From: Octopus sinensis
Taxonomy: Eukaryota
Assembly (NCBI RefSeq): GCF_006345805.1
Contig: NC_043008.1
Location: 53,320,001 to 53,384,000 of the forward strand
Direction of reading: 5' to 3'
DNA length: 64,000 nucleotides
The position numbers and the translations under genes are program-made. The notes beneath the pieces are model-generated. The model was not told where the DNA came from, made no database searches, and saw only the letters and a list, made by a program, of their open reading frames with translations. This document shows, in pieces, positions 42,319 through 55,480 of the stretch (positions are counted from its first letter, which is position 1; the number at the start of each line of letters is the position of its first letter).

Positions 42319-44010
42319 TTGTGTGTGTATTATATATATAATATATATATAATATATATATATATAATTATATATATATATATGTAGGCGTTTCATTTCG
42401 AGAGCTATACATAGTTTTGATTATTATATCAGTACTGATAACAGGTCTGTTTGCAATGATAAACGATGATTGTTGTAACTGGGGCTAACCTGAAACCATT
42501 GGATTAGAAACCGGCTTAAGAGTAGCCGGATTAAAGATAGGCAGACTACCTGTAATTTAACATCGGGCAGTAGATGCTAAGAACGATAAGTATAGGCGCA
42601 AATGTGACTGTGTTGCATTAAGTTTGTCTCCCAACCGCATGGTTCCAGGGTCAACCCTACGGCGTGGCAACTTGGCCAAGTGTCTTCTGCTCCAGCTCCG
42701 GGCCGATCAAGGATTTATGAGTGAATGTAGCTAAAGGAAACTGTGTGGAAGCTGGTTCTTGGCCAAGTGTCTTCTGTACCAGGTCTGGGTTGATCAATGA
42801 CTTGTGAGTGAATGTAGTAGAGGGAAACTGTGGAAGCCTGTTGTAATACATGTCTGAGTATGTTTTTTTTTCTTTATTTCTTCCGCTTCAACCCGGTGTT
42901 GGTTTGTTTACGCCCTTGTAATTTTGTTGTTCGGCCTAAGAGATTAACAGAATAAGTACATCACTAAAAACACTTCACGGTGGGGCCCTAGCATGGTTGC
43001 TGTCCAGTGACTGAACTACGTAGAAAATAAAAGATATATTTTAATCCGGAAACAGTTTTTGAACCGGGTGGGGTGGGGGTAAGGAAGCCACAGGAAACGA
43101 GAGTTTAAAGCAGTTTGGCTAGAAGGCCAAGCTGACATATGAAGTCAACGATTAAATCTATAAGTTGATATATTGATTGGAAATTATTTATGATCACCGG
43201 ATCGAAGCGTCTATCCGCTGCTTTAAGGCTTAGTATTAATTAATAATCTTTCTTAAAATTCAAAGACACTGTTAGATAAATCGATCAGTCATCTGGTTTC
43301 TCGTTAAATAATGCCATTGCAGGAAATGATTACAATAACATTTGAAAAAAGAAAAGAAAAAATACCTGTGGACCTTCTTGGAGATGGCTTCTCTAAATAT
43401 AGACGGATTTCATTTCAGTTTTGACCTTTGACTCAGTAGTTGACTGTGTCACGGTTAATATGATTAAAGTCTGGCATGATTCGTAGGCCGTCGAGAAAGA
43501 TAAAAGTATGTGTGTTGCGTTCAGATAATATATTCTTTTATTGCTTAACTTTCTTCCTACATCACAAATAATCGCCATATTGGAGCACGGCTTTGAAGGG
43601 TTTTGGTCAAGCATATCAACCCCAGTCAGTGTTTACTGCAGGTCCCTATTCATTACGTTATCGATTTTTATTTAGCCAATCACTAAGTTACGCTTGGATG
43701 TTGATGAAGTCGTTGACGTGTCACACATGTACACACAAAAATACATACGAAGATTCACGTGTATGCACATACGTATACTAAATATATGTACGTGTATATG
43801 TATATACATATATATATATATATGTATATATATATACACACAAAATTTAGAGGACTGACCACTAAAAGTGGACAGCCTATGTGCTACATATACACGTCAA
43901 AATCGCCATTTTCCACGAAGAATGTGTTCTCAAGAAAAAATTTAGCAAAAAAATCAAAGTGTAAAAATAAGCAAGACCAATGAAAATATACGAAATAAAA
44001 AAACGATTAC

Positions 44011-44085
44011 CTATGTACTAATTAGTTTCACTTGTTAATATTTACGTATATGGACCTGTAAACATCTGCAAGATCATTCGCATAG
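44011..44085 (-). ncRNA. Decayed mirror copy of the 44147 hammerhead
   Basis: Minus strand CTATG-CGAATGA-TCTTGC...ACAAGT-GAAA-CTAATTAGTA-CATAG. Core mutated, stem I perfect. Confidence 0.65.
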
Positions 44086-44146
44086 TCTGGATTTCGGTTG
44101 AGCGTACTCTATCGTGTTCTGGAAATTATGTTTTGTAAACGACAGA

Positions 44147-44221
44147 CTATGCTGATGATCTTGTAGATGTTTACATGTCCATATACGTAAATATTAACAA
44201 GTGAAACTAATTAGTACATCG
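44147..44221 (+). ncRNA. Type I hammerhead ribozyme in right arm of inverted repeat
   Basis: CTATG-CTGATGA-tCTTGT...ACAAGt-GAAA-C(TAATTA)GTA-CATCG. Palindromic stem III ACTAATTAGT. The mirror copy in the left arm has the perfect stem I partner CATAG. Confidence 0.75.
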
Positions 44222-44505
44222 GTAATCGTTTTTTCTTCTTATTTCGTATATTTTCATTTGTCTTTCTTATTTTTGCACTTTGATTTTTTTGCTGAATTTT
44301 TTCTTGAGAACACATTCTTCGTGGTAAATGGCGATTTTGACGTCTATATATAGCATATAGGCTGTCCAATTTTAGTGGCCAGTCTTCTAAATTTTTTATG
44401 TATAAAAAATTTTTAAACTTCGGATTTTTTAAAAATATGCTAGGCCACTGGCTTAATGATTAATATAATTTATTCTACCCATATTTAATATTATATGTAT
44501 AGATA

Positions 44506-44542
<37 letters not shown>

Positions 44543-44561
44543 TAGATATATATTATATATA

Positions 44562-44664
<103 letters not shown>

Positions 44665-44741
44665 ATATATTATATATATATATAATATATATATATATAA
44701 ATTATATATAATATATATTATATATATATGCACACACATTA

Positions 44742-45122
44742 CGGAGGCGCAATGGCCCAGTGGTTAGGGCAGCGGACTCGCGGTCGTAGGATCGCGGTTT
44801 CGATTCCAGACCGGGCGTTGTGAGTGTTTATTGAGCGAAAACACTTAAAGCTCCATGAGGCTCAGGCGGGGATGGTGGTGATCCCTGCTGTACTCTTTCA
44901 CCACAACTTTCTCTCACTCTTACTTCCTGTTTCTGTTGTACCTGTATTTCAAAGGGCCGGCTTTGTTACTCTCTGTGTCACGCAGAATATCACCGAGAAC
45001 TACGTTAAGGGTACACGTGTCTGTGGAATGCTCAGCCACTTACACGCTTAATTTCACGAGCATGCTGTTCCGTTGATCGGATCAACCGGAACCCTCGTCG
45101 TCGTAACCGACGGAGTGCTTCC
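44742..45122 (+). mobile_element. SINE type C, full length
   Basis: Colinear with the 18111 copy. Confidence 0.9.
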
Positions 45123-45244
45123 ATCCATCCATACATATACATTTATATACATATATATGTATAATATATAATATACATACATGCATATACATATATATAT
45201 GTATATATAATATACATATATATTATATATGTATATATATATAC

Positions 45245-45665
45245 TCTTTACCCTTTTACTTGTTTCAGTCATTTGACTGCGGCCATGCTGGAGCATCACC
45301 GTTAGTCGAGCAAATCGACCCCAGGACTTATTCTTTAGAAGCCTAGTATTTATTTTATCGGTCTCTTTTGTCGAACCGCTACGTTACGGGGACGTAAACA
45401 CACCAGCATCGGTTGTCAAGCGATATTGGGGTGGCAAACACAGACACACAATCATATACACACGCATACACACACACAAACATATATATATATATTCATA
45501 TATAGGACGGGCTTCTTTCAGTTTCCAACTACCAAATCCACTCACAATGCTGTGGTTGGCCCTAGTCTATAGTAGAAGACACTTGCCCAAGGTGCCACGC
45601 AGTGGGACTGAACCCGGAACCATATGGTTGGTAAGCAAGCTACTTATCACACAGCCACACCTGGC
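45245..45665 (-). mobile_element. SINE type A, full length; further partial copies at 45722-45900 and 46318-46440 (-)
   Basis: Reverse complement of the 40939 copy. Confidence 0.85.
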
Positions 45666-46003
45666 TGTATATATATGTGTGTGTTCAGTAGGAGATATAT
45701 ATATTTATATATATTCTTTTATTCTTTTACTTGTTTCAGTCATTCGACTGCAGCCATGCTGGAACACCGCATTGAGGGGTTATTCGTTATAAGCATTTTT
45801 CTATCGGTCATTTTTGCCGAACCGCTAGTTTACGGGGACGTTAACACACCAGCATAGGTTGTCAAGCGATAGTGGTGGGGACAAACACGGACATAAAGAC
45901 ACACAAACATAAATATATAGACATACATACATGTATATATATATAATATATAATAGATATATATATTATATATATATAATATAATATAATAATATATATA
46001 TAT

Positions 46004-46270
46004 ATATAGAAAATAGTAAAAAGTGAAAAAACTACAGAAGGCTTGTTTTAGAAGGTTAAAAAATATATATTTGAGTCATTATGTCTGAAAAATGTTATAA
46101 ATTTTTTTCATACAAAAAATTGTATGAAAAAAATTTATAACATTCTTCAGAGATAATGACTCAAATATATATTTTTTAACCTTCTAAAACAAGCCTTCTG
46201 TAGTTTTTTCACTTTTTACTATTTTCTATATATTCAACCACGTGCTTTCACACACCAAGTTTCTCACCTA
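46004..46270. mobile_element. Hairpin element in (TA)n
   Basis: Near-perfect ~230-bp palindrome 46004-46233 centred at about 46117, plus a ~37-bp unique tail, with (TA)n flanks. Confidence 0.7.
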
Positions 46271-46459
46271 TATACATATATATATATATATGTTTGTGTT
46301 TGTGAGTGTGTGTGTGTGTATATATACGACAGGCTTCTTTCGGTTTCCGTCTGCCAAATCCACTTACAAGCCTTTGGTCGGCGCGAAGCTATAGTAGCAG
46401 ACACTTGTCTAAGGTGCGAAACAGTGGAGATAAACCCGGGGTGTTGGCACACCTTTATT

Positions 46460-46630
46460 AATCCTCCTCTGATACTTCGTAGTTGGTCAACTAGAGAATT
46501 TGATGCTGCTGTTTCATCCCCACTTCCTACCGAGGAGTTGGCTCATCTGGAACTCTTGACAGTAGGAGATAAAGTTTAGTTTCCAAGACATCTATATCAA
46601 TTCCATGCTACTCAGCAGGGCCTTTTAAGA
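46460..46630 (-). mobile_element. Short 3'-end fragment of the same CR1-like LINE
   Basis: Encodes ...LLSRVPDEPTP..., with nucleotide similarity to 15050-15150. Confidence 0.6.
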
Positions 46631-47430
46631 TGGTGGATATATCATTTGATATTTACTCAGTTCGTATTTCTAATGATTACGTAGAAGCATTCTGCATGAA
46701 CTTAATGGTGTGCTTATGTGATCTTTCTCCAGTACAACAAATTTGCTCTCCCAATATCTCAATATTTGTGCTCTCGTTAACTTCAAGTGCTTATAGTTTA
46801 TTTATTCTTATACTTAAACTTGACTGGACTAAATCTCGTCTAGAATTATTGTCATTCTAACAATCGGTATTAGTAGAATCAAAGAAACTAAAATTTTAAA
46901 AATTCTTTTTGTATCCTTTGCTGATTATATATCTTGTTTTTTTTTCCTCCTTTGATCTGTTATCTTGATTTAAATCAATGATAATTTGTGTTGCGTAGCT
47001 TCTGTAAATAAGTTGAAATCAACAAGAACAACAACAGCACCACCATCACCAAAAACCACCACAACCACGACTACCACAACCACCACTACCACAACCAATA
47101 CCACTACCACCACCACCACCACCACTACCACCACCACCACCAACAACTACAACAACAGCACCAACATCACCACCACTACCACCACCACCACCACCACCAC
47201 CACCACCACCACCACTACCACAACCACCACCACCACCACCACCACTACCACCACCACCACCACCACCACTACTACCAACAACAACAACAACAACAAAAAC
47301 AACAACAACGTCAACAACAACAACCACGACAGTGACAAAAACGATAATCAACAGCTAAAATTACAGATTGTCTCGCGACGTAAACAAATAAATAAAGCTT
47401 GTTTATATTGACAAAACATGAACACACATA

Positions 47431-47894
47431 CGCTGGACAAACACTGGACATACGCTGGACAAACGCTGGACAAACACTGGACATACGCTGGACATACGCT
47501 GGACAAACGCTGGGCAAACACTGGACATACGCTGGACAAACGCTGGGCAAACACTGGACATACGCTGGACAAACGCTGGACATACGCTGGACATACGCTG
47601 GACAAACGCTGGGCAAACACTGGACATACGCTGGACATACGTTGGTTAAACGCTGAACAAACGCTGGACATACGCTGGGCATACGCTGGACATACGCTGG
47701 ACAAACGCTGGACATACGCTGGGCAAACGCTGGACATACGCTGGGCAAACGCTGGACATACGTTGGACAAACGCTGGACATACGCCGGGCAAACGCTGGA
47801 CATACGCTAGGCAAACACTGGACATACGCTGGGCAAACGCTGAACATACGCTGGGCAAACGTTGGACATATGCTGGACATACGCTGGACAAACA
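47431..47894. repeat. 11-bp minisatellite, ~42 units (C[G/A]CTGG[A/G]CA[T/A]A)
   Basis: Continuous array of 11-mer variants; it explains the stacked repetitive ORFs on both strands. Confidence 0.95.
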
Positions 47895-48256
47895 CTCAGA
47901 GAGCTCAAACCTCCTTTAAAGCAACACCAATGTCCTCTCAACGATTTGCCAGAGATCATTTTTAAAATGAGAATATCTGAAATAAACTCAGCTGCTTTCA
48001 CAAGCGAGAATACTAAAAATGAACCCGACCGCTCTCGAAAGTTAAGTACAAAAACAGGAAAAATAATCCAGAATCCTTGTCTTGTATCGAATCGATCCCA
48101 AAATCTAATCAGTTCGTGCCAGTCACAATGCCAAGGATCCCTGAAAGTTTCATCCGAATCCATCCAGCGCTTCTTGAGATATCTTGACCACGGACAAACA
48201 AACAAACAAACACGACTGAAACAATACCTCCGCCTTCGCCGATGCAGAGCTAATAA
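47892..48256 (-). mobile_element. Helentron-associated non-autonomous element (HINE/DINE-like)
   Basis: The minus strand begins TTATTAGCTCTGC..GGCGGAGGTATTG, followed by (GTTT)n and GGATTCGGATGAAACTTT, and ends GGAGGTTTGAGCTCTCTGAGTG. The subterminal repeat, microsatellite and 3' stem-loop layout is typical of HINEs. Confidence 0.7.
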
Positions 48257-48257
48257 T

Positions 48258-48555
48258 AAAAACATTAATATGAGAAGTATAGAAAATATAGCAAAGTATC
48301 AGGACCTAGCTATTGGAATAGAGACTATGGAAAATGCGGGTGGAATGTATCCCAGTAGTTTATAGGGAACTAAAGATCTGAACAGATGGATAAAGGAAAT
48401 AGGCATAAAACCCAGTTTAATACAGCTCAAGAAAATAGTGTTATTAGGGATAGCTAGGATACTTAAGAGGGTTCTTAGCATTTAAGGTTCCTTGTTGTAG
48501 CCCGATGTTAGGATTTTTTCGTTTCCAACAGTGTAATCTGTTGAGTGTATATGAA

Positions 48556-48556
<1 letters not shown>
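48258..48556 (+). mobile_element. 3' end of a Dong/R4-type (RLE) non-LTR retrotransposon in (TAA)n
   Basis: Frameshifted peptide ENIAKYQDLAIGIET..ECIPVV..TKDLNRWIKEIGIKPSLIQLKKIVLLGIARILKRVLSI*, typical of the RLE C-terminus. Short 3'UTR followed by a long (TAA)n, the known Dong target. Confidence 0.8.
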
Positions 48557-48618
<62 letters not shown>

Positions 48619-48721
48619 GGCAATAATAATAATAATGATGATGATGATGATAATGATAATAATAATTATAATAATAATAATAATAGTAGTAGTAGTAGTT
48701 GTAGTAGTTGTAGTAGTAGTT

Positions 48722-48793
<72 letters not shown>

Positions 48794-49473
48794 GTAGTAA
48801 TAAGGTATTTTGAGATTATCGATATGCTGCATTCAAGGTGCATTTATCGATGTATTGATTAAGGCATGTATTAATGGCTGGAATAATGTATACAAAGAAT
48901 AAAAAATAAAAGAATGCACACAGATAAAAAGAAAAATGCAAATATGGGAGTCTCAAAGACATGCAAGATAACTCGTATGGGCGGAAGTTAAATCAGGGTT
49001 CATTTTGACGAAGTTGTCATCGTATGAAAAAAAAAGCAAAAAAAAAAGAAAGAAAACAAAACCAAACTAAAAACAAACAAAATATAGATTGGCCTCCTAA
49101 AGAAACATCTCTTGGGTTATTTCCAAAAACAAACAAATTTTACTATTTACTTCTTTTATTGTCTTATTTAAGAAGTTGAATTCATTTAACGTTAGAATTG
49201 CGTCTCGACCCGCCAGATAGTTGGCAACATCAACACATATATGTTTTGATTGCTGAGAAATACTTAAAAACTCACACTTCAACAGCTCCTATTGGCATTA
49301 TCATTGCTGTTATTCTTAGTGTTTTTATTGTTGCTGTTGTTGTTGTTATTATTATTATTATTATTATTATATTATTATATATTATTATTATTATTATTAT
49401 TATTTTTATTTTTATTATTATTATTATTATTATTATTTATTATCATTATTATATTATTATATTATTATTATTA

Positions 49474-49511
<38 letters not shown>

Positions 49512-49547
49512 GTTATATTATTATTATTATTATTATCATTATCATCA

Positions 49548-49590
<43 letters not shown>

Positions 49591-49637
49591 CATTATTATT
49601 ATCATTATTATTATCATTATCATCATCATCATCATCA

Positions 49638-49674
<37 letters not shown>

Positions 49675-49799
49675 CATTATTATTGTTATCATTTTTATTA
49701 TTACTATTATTGTTATTATTATTATTATCATTATTATTATTATTATTATCATTATTATTGTTATCATTTTTATTATTATTATTGTTATTATTATTATTA

Positions 49800-49846
<47 letters not shown>

Positions 49847-50214
49847 GTTGTTGTTGTTGCTAGCGTCATGATAATGATGATGATGATGATGATGTTTGGC
49901 TGGCGACGAGAAGTTAATCTTCTCTTACATGTTTCTACATCAACAAAACCAATGTTAGCATCCACACTCACCCACATTTTGTTTATGCACACACATGCAC
50001 ACGTGAATGCATATGTGTGTGCGTGTGTGTGTGCGTGTGTGTGTGTGTGTGTATGTATCTGCGCATTTATATATATTCACATATGTGTATAATGTATGCA
50101 TGTACATTAAATATGCATACACATACACACACATATATATGTATGTCTATATCTATATACTTATATATATATATATATGTATGTCTATATATACTTACAT
50201 ATATATATGTATGC

Positions 50215-50257
<43 letters not shown>

Positions 50258-51743
50258 CATATATATACATATCTATATCGGTCTATTTTTATATACGTAG
50301 ATACAAACACTTGTTTGTATGTACAAGTACAAAGACTTACATAAAAATATACTCATAAATACATACATAGATACATATAAATACACACACACACACACTC
50401 ACACACATATATATATACATACACCAACCTACCTACCTACCTACTTACCTAAATACATACATACATGTGCATATACATATAGATATATAATTTATTGATA
50501 ACATATTATTTTGTATTGCACGTACATGATGTAATTTTAGCATCTTAATAGAATCTTCTTATCTGGAAGGAAGCAAAACTGAAGCCAAAGATCATATCAA
50601 GATTCAAGAACATCATTAAGTATTAGACAGAAAGAGAATACACAGACCAAACCTTGCATGGGAGGAAGAATTTAACTCTAACACACAACCATATTCATGT
50701 TCCCTTGTTTATTTTTGTTTCTGATTTTTAAAAATAAATATTTAATAAAAGAATGTAATGTGTTAAAACACACCTACGTACCTACCTATAAAATTACATT
50801 TATGTGTTGCTGTTTAATAACTTAACCAAAATTCGAGGCAACTGGAATGCTTTGTTTATCAATCTACGTTTACTAAAACCGATTTTGAAAAGTAATAACC
50901 GTGCGCCATTTTGTTTAGTACCATCTTATAATTAATTATTCAAACTCCTTTTGTTGCTGTTGTTGTTGTTGTTGTTGTTGTTGTGTCTCTTCTTCTTCTT
51001 CTTCTTCTTCTTCTTCTTCTTCTTCTTCTTCTTCTTCTTCTCCTTCTTCTTCTTCTTCGTCTGGGAATGCGTTCTGTGGAAGTTTTACGTTAGCAATATC
51101 TAGAGTTGTGGTGGTGAGCGTAGGTGGCAACGGATTCAGAGAATGTGTGTGCGTAGCTAGCCTCTTTTGGAGGAGGTTCGCGACTGGAAATACCTTGAAT
51201 GACTTCCAGAAATCTCTGGAATGGTAACCGTATCGAGAAGCACAACGGGACTGAAATACAGTCTACAGGTATGGAAGTGCCGCTTCGAAGAACTATCCGA
51301 GAGCCGCGCGGAGTCTCGACTCCCTATGGTACTTACTTGTGCAGTATTCGAGCATTTTTGACTTGCGGTGTTATGTCGAACAACAGTTGTCCTGTGTAGG
51401 ACGAATCTCGCGACCGATTGAGTCCATTATGAGAATCACCCCAACACTCTCCTTTAACAAGACAGGTCAAGCGGTGTTCCTCTGTTTGGTGGCTATGGCA
51501 AAAGAGGTTGCGTAGTGGACGAGACTGAAAAGATTTAGAAAGGACACCTTCCACTTCGGTCAAACTCTCATCGACATTTTGTAAGTTCCATTTGCAAAGG
51601 AAAGTGAAGTCGAAAGGGAAATGCACACTTCCAATGAATTTCTATACAGTTCTATATTTAAGAGATGAGGAATTATGTATATCATTTACATTATTTACAT
51701 TATTTACATTCGACGGATATTTGTCCTCATCTTGTTTGTTGTT

Positions 51744-51789
51744 AATACAACGTTTCGGCTGTTATACCCTCCAGCCTTCTTCAGGTGTC
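51744..51789 (-). ncRNA. Type I hammerhead ribozyme, minimal stem III
   Basis: Minus strand ACAC-CTGAAGA-aGGCTG(gagggtataa)CAGCC-GAAA-CGTT-GTAT. Loopless palindromic ACGT stem III, GUU triplet, stem I pairs 3/4. Confidence 0.75.
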
Positions 51790-52204
51790 TTGGGGAAATA
51801 ATGCGAATTTGTATACAGTTGGGTGATTGTGGCAAAGATAGAATTTCTCTAAGCATGCACCTATCGTTTGGAGGACAAAAGTTGGGCGAGAGCCCGTGAT
51901 CTTAGTAATCAGAGTAATCCTGGACCTGTGGGATTCCTTGATTGCCTTTAAATGGAGATTCTATTGCTTTAGGAGGGCCGCTTCATCCACGTATTCACAT
52001 ACATTGTATACTACTCATGTTTTCATCTCCTTTCACCTTCTTTACTCTTCTATTCCTTGCTTCTTTTATGTAAGCCTTTCCCACAAATGCTTACCGCTCT
52101 TGTCAAGTCCCATTTACCGGGGCTCCCGTGGCTAATTTAAAAAATTCTTCTTCTTCTTCTTCTTCTTCTTCTTCTTCTTCTTCTTTCTTCTTCTTCTTCT
52201 TCTT

Positions 52205-52348
52205 TAATCACCTGTCAAGTCACAACAAGGACCTCAAGATGCCTGCTGTGCTCAATAAGGCTGCTCTTTGCAAGACATCAATCTTGCATGGGATTTCCAG
52301 TTTCCTTAAGAAGTCACGAAGTTTCAATGAGATTGATCCCAACACTCT
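52205..52348 (-). mobile_element. 3' fragment of a second R4/Dong-like RLE element embedded in (GAA)n
   Basis: Peptide VLGSISLKLRDFLRKLEIPCKIDVLQRAALLSTAGILRSLL* (LQKAALLGTA.ILR-type end), with (TTC)n tracts on both sides. Confidence 0.7.
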
Positions 52349-52659
52349 TTTCTTCTTCTTCTTCTTCTTCTTCTTCTTCTTCTTCTTCTTCTTCTTCTTC
52401 TTCTTCTTCTTCTTCTTCTTCTTCTTCTTCTTCTTCTTCTTCCTTTCGTCGTACCAGAGTGTTAACGTGTTTGGCTCTGTCACGTTTGCTTTGAGAGTTG
52501 GATAAACTTGCAGAATATTTATGAAATATTACAATCTGCTGAACGAAGCTAAATGGAATTCGAAACTTAATTAATTCAGAAGCCAAATGGGTTGTCGCTT
52601 TTTTTTTTCTTTTTCCAGCAGATATTTTCTAATTATAACTGGAAATTGTATTTTCTTCA

Positions 52660-53125
52660 TCATAATCATAATCATTATCATATTTCTACCATCATTATCA
52701 TCGTATCACAATCTGCACCACCACCGCCACCACCGCATCCACCACCACCACCACCACCACCACCACCACCATGTGTATCCTTCATATCATCATCATCATC
52801 ATCATCATCGTAAATACCACCACCACTACTACTAATTCCCCCTCTACAACCATTTTCATCATCATAATCGTCATCATCAATATCATCACACTCACCATCA
52901 CCATCATCGTCATTACCGTCGTCGTCGTCGTCATCGTCATCATCACCAAGGGCATCATCATCATTATCATCATCATCATCATCATCATCAATACTATCAT
53001 CATTATCATCGTGTATCATCGTCGTCATCATCGTCATCATCATCGTCATCGTCATCATCATCATCATCATCATCATCACCACGGCCATCATCACAATCAT
53101 CATCATCGTCGTCGCCGTCATCATC

Positions 53126-53157
<32 letters not shown>

Positions 53158-53300
53158 CACCATCATCATCATCACGGTCATCATCACAATCATTTTCATC
53201 GTCGTCGTCATCATCCCCCTCCGCCTCTTCATCATCATCATCATCATCATCATCCCCTTCATCATCATCATCCTCATCGCCGTCACTATCACCCCCTCCC
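52660..53300. repeat. (CAT/CAC/CGT)n compound microsatellite
   Basis: Direct read. Similar tracts at 7610-8250, 22340-22560, 47020-47330 and 54680-54935. Confidence 0.95.
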
Positions 53301-53879
53301 TCCCCGTCCGTCCTTTCCCCCGTGCTCCCCCTTCGTCGTCCTCCTCATCACGATATAATCATTAAATTTAGATAAAGCTGTATACTCTATACATACGATA
53401 TCGCCAGCGTATTCCATTTTATGTCCTCGCATTAATTTTATTGTCAGCTCACAAATGTGCAGCGACAATCCTGAAGAACGCCAGCTTTTCATGTTTCTCT
53501 TTTATCGGTGGCCAAAGCGCTGAAAACCAACGACCAAATCTTAACTTATAGTTACTGCTTCGCCCACGACAATACCAACACGGACACAACCAACACCACC
53601 AGCATCACCGCCGCCGCCACTACCGCGGCATCGGCCTCCATCGCTACCTCCTGCACTGCCGCTTCCACCCCCGCTACCGCTACCCTCTCCACCACCGCTG
53701 CACTCTCCGCCACCACCGCTCCTCTTCGCCATCGCCGCCTTCTCCGCCAATGCCGCCCTCTTCGCCTCGGCTACTTCTCCTCTTCCTCTTCAACGGCCGC
53801 CGCCGCCGCAACCATCACCACCACCACCACCACCAACGCTGCATCCTTTCAGACTTGGAAGCAGTATTCTATTCAGAGG

Positions 53880-54677
53880 AACTAACAGCTGTTGGAAACG
53901 AAAGTACTGAAAGAGAAGCCCCCATCCACTCACCACTGGCTGGCACAGTTTCTGATCCGTTGAGGATGTGGGTTCACTCGGATAGATCCTTAGTGGCCTT
54001 TTTGAGGTGCAGAAATTGCAGCGGCCGTGAAGGTTTTAGTTAGGTTTTGTTCGTGTTCCGCTACTGTTTTCTTGATATATGTGGTAATGCTTAGTTCAAG
54101 GAGAAATAGATTAATATTACCCAAACTGGAGGTTGTTTTTGAAATCTTTGTTCATAGGACCAGTCTAGATTGACGTGAAACGTCTTAGCTGCATGTGAAT
54201 GACGGTTGGGTACAGAAAATTAGGAAGTAATAAAGGTGGTGTTGTCTAAGGAATCAGGGTTGAAGTTGACAGTGACTCACTGATGTATAGGACGGAGAAT
54301 GTGGGGGAAAGAACCAAACCGTGGGGTCCATTATGCTTTATAGAGTTTGAGACAGTGAGGTTTCCATAAGTACAAGCTACCATGAGGCGATCTGAACGGA
54401 AGCAAATGCTTCAAGATTGGAGAGATGGACATAGGTCAGACATAAGCCTACACGCTAGGCACAATCTAAAAGTTCGCTGACACTGAGAGTAACAGCAGTG
54501 ATTTGGCCAAATTCCTTGAAGTCAAAATGCGCTTGTAAATGACACATGAGTGGTTTTCAGTAAATCTACTGGTGGTTGTTAAGGAGAAAGACCAATTGAA
54601 GAAAATGGAGAACCTTGTAGTGGTTAAGGGCTGTCTCTCCATCGCCTTTGAGATGTCGGATGTGCGCTGTGCCCAAT

Positions 54678-54708
<31 letters not shown>

Positions 54709-55480
54709 CGACGATGACGACGACGATGTGATGATGATGATGAGGATGATGATGATGATGATGATGATGGTGATGATGGTGACGATGGTGATGATGATGA
54801 CGACGACAACGACGACGATGATGATGATTGTGATGAGGACCGTGATGATGATGATGATGGTGATGGTGATGATGATGACGATAATGATGACGATAATAAT
54901 GACAATGATAAACGATGATGATGATGATAATGAGATGATACGCTTTCTGGGAACAGGATGGACTGTTACCAAATATCAGGATGAAAATAGAGAGACTGAA
55001 ATGTTTTAGGGAAATAGGGGCCAGCTGTCGGTCACATAGGTTTAGAATAACAGGAGGCTATTTTCAGAGACGATAGTTCTGTTGGTTTGAAGTGACTTAG
55101 TGTCTATGTGTCGCTGAGTCTATATCAATGAAATCCTATAGCATGATTGGGCAGCATTGCTTATAGAAGGATCATAGCTAAAAACTCGAGGAAAGAAAGA
55201 TTCGTAAGGCTGAGAGGGTTTCTTTTAGTAAAGGACCAACAAGATAAGTTGAGAAGCAAAACTGGTGGTCTGTGAGATGTACGAACGCATTGTTTGTGAT
55301 TCAGAAACTGCGACGCCATCTAGTTTGTTGGGTGATTGATTTCCTTCTGTATAGCAGGCCGTGTAATTTACATTAAATATGTCTATAACTAGACAACCTG
55401 AGGTTGAATCTAACCTTGTAAATAGCAATTCTATATCTACATTGATACATAATTTAAGCAAGGTAAATCTAAGACTTTTC
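53880..55480 (-). mobile_element. Ancient CR1/L2-group LINE ORF2 relic (APE and RT), interrupted by (GAT)n
   Basis: Decayed motifs: APE-like VIDIFNVNY (GDFN-like, ~55370), TSDISKAME (~54645), and RT-like SDRLMVACTYGNL...GPHGLVLSPTFSVLYISE (PQGSVLSP.LF.LYINDL-like, ~54280-54400). Confidence 0.55.

Larger units (their letters stand above)
43835..44490. mobile_element. Hairpin element in (TA)n: ~255-bp inverted arms (43835-44089 / 44143-44403) plus unique tail, carrying a hammerhead
   Basis: The arms are reverse complements with scattered mismatches, separated by a ~53-bp spacer. The right copy extends ~90 bp further. (TA)n on both sides. Confidence 0.75.

Noticed and set aside
42381-42435. Very weak hammerhead-like arrangements here and near 19975-20020, 35175-35220 and 12332-12420
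   Set aside because: Multiple core mismatches and poor stems; not distinguishable from chance by eye.
47311-47895. Stacked repetitive ORFs (QRMSSVCPAYV / WTYAGQTLDKR)
   Set aside because: By-product of an 11-bp tandem repeat that lacks stop codons; no coding evidence.
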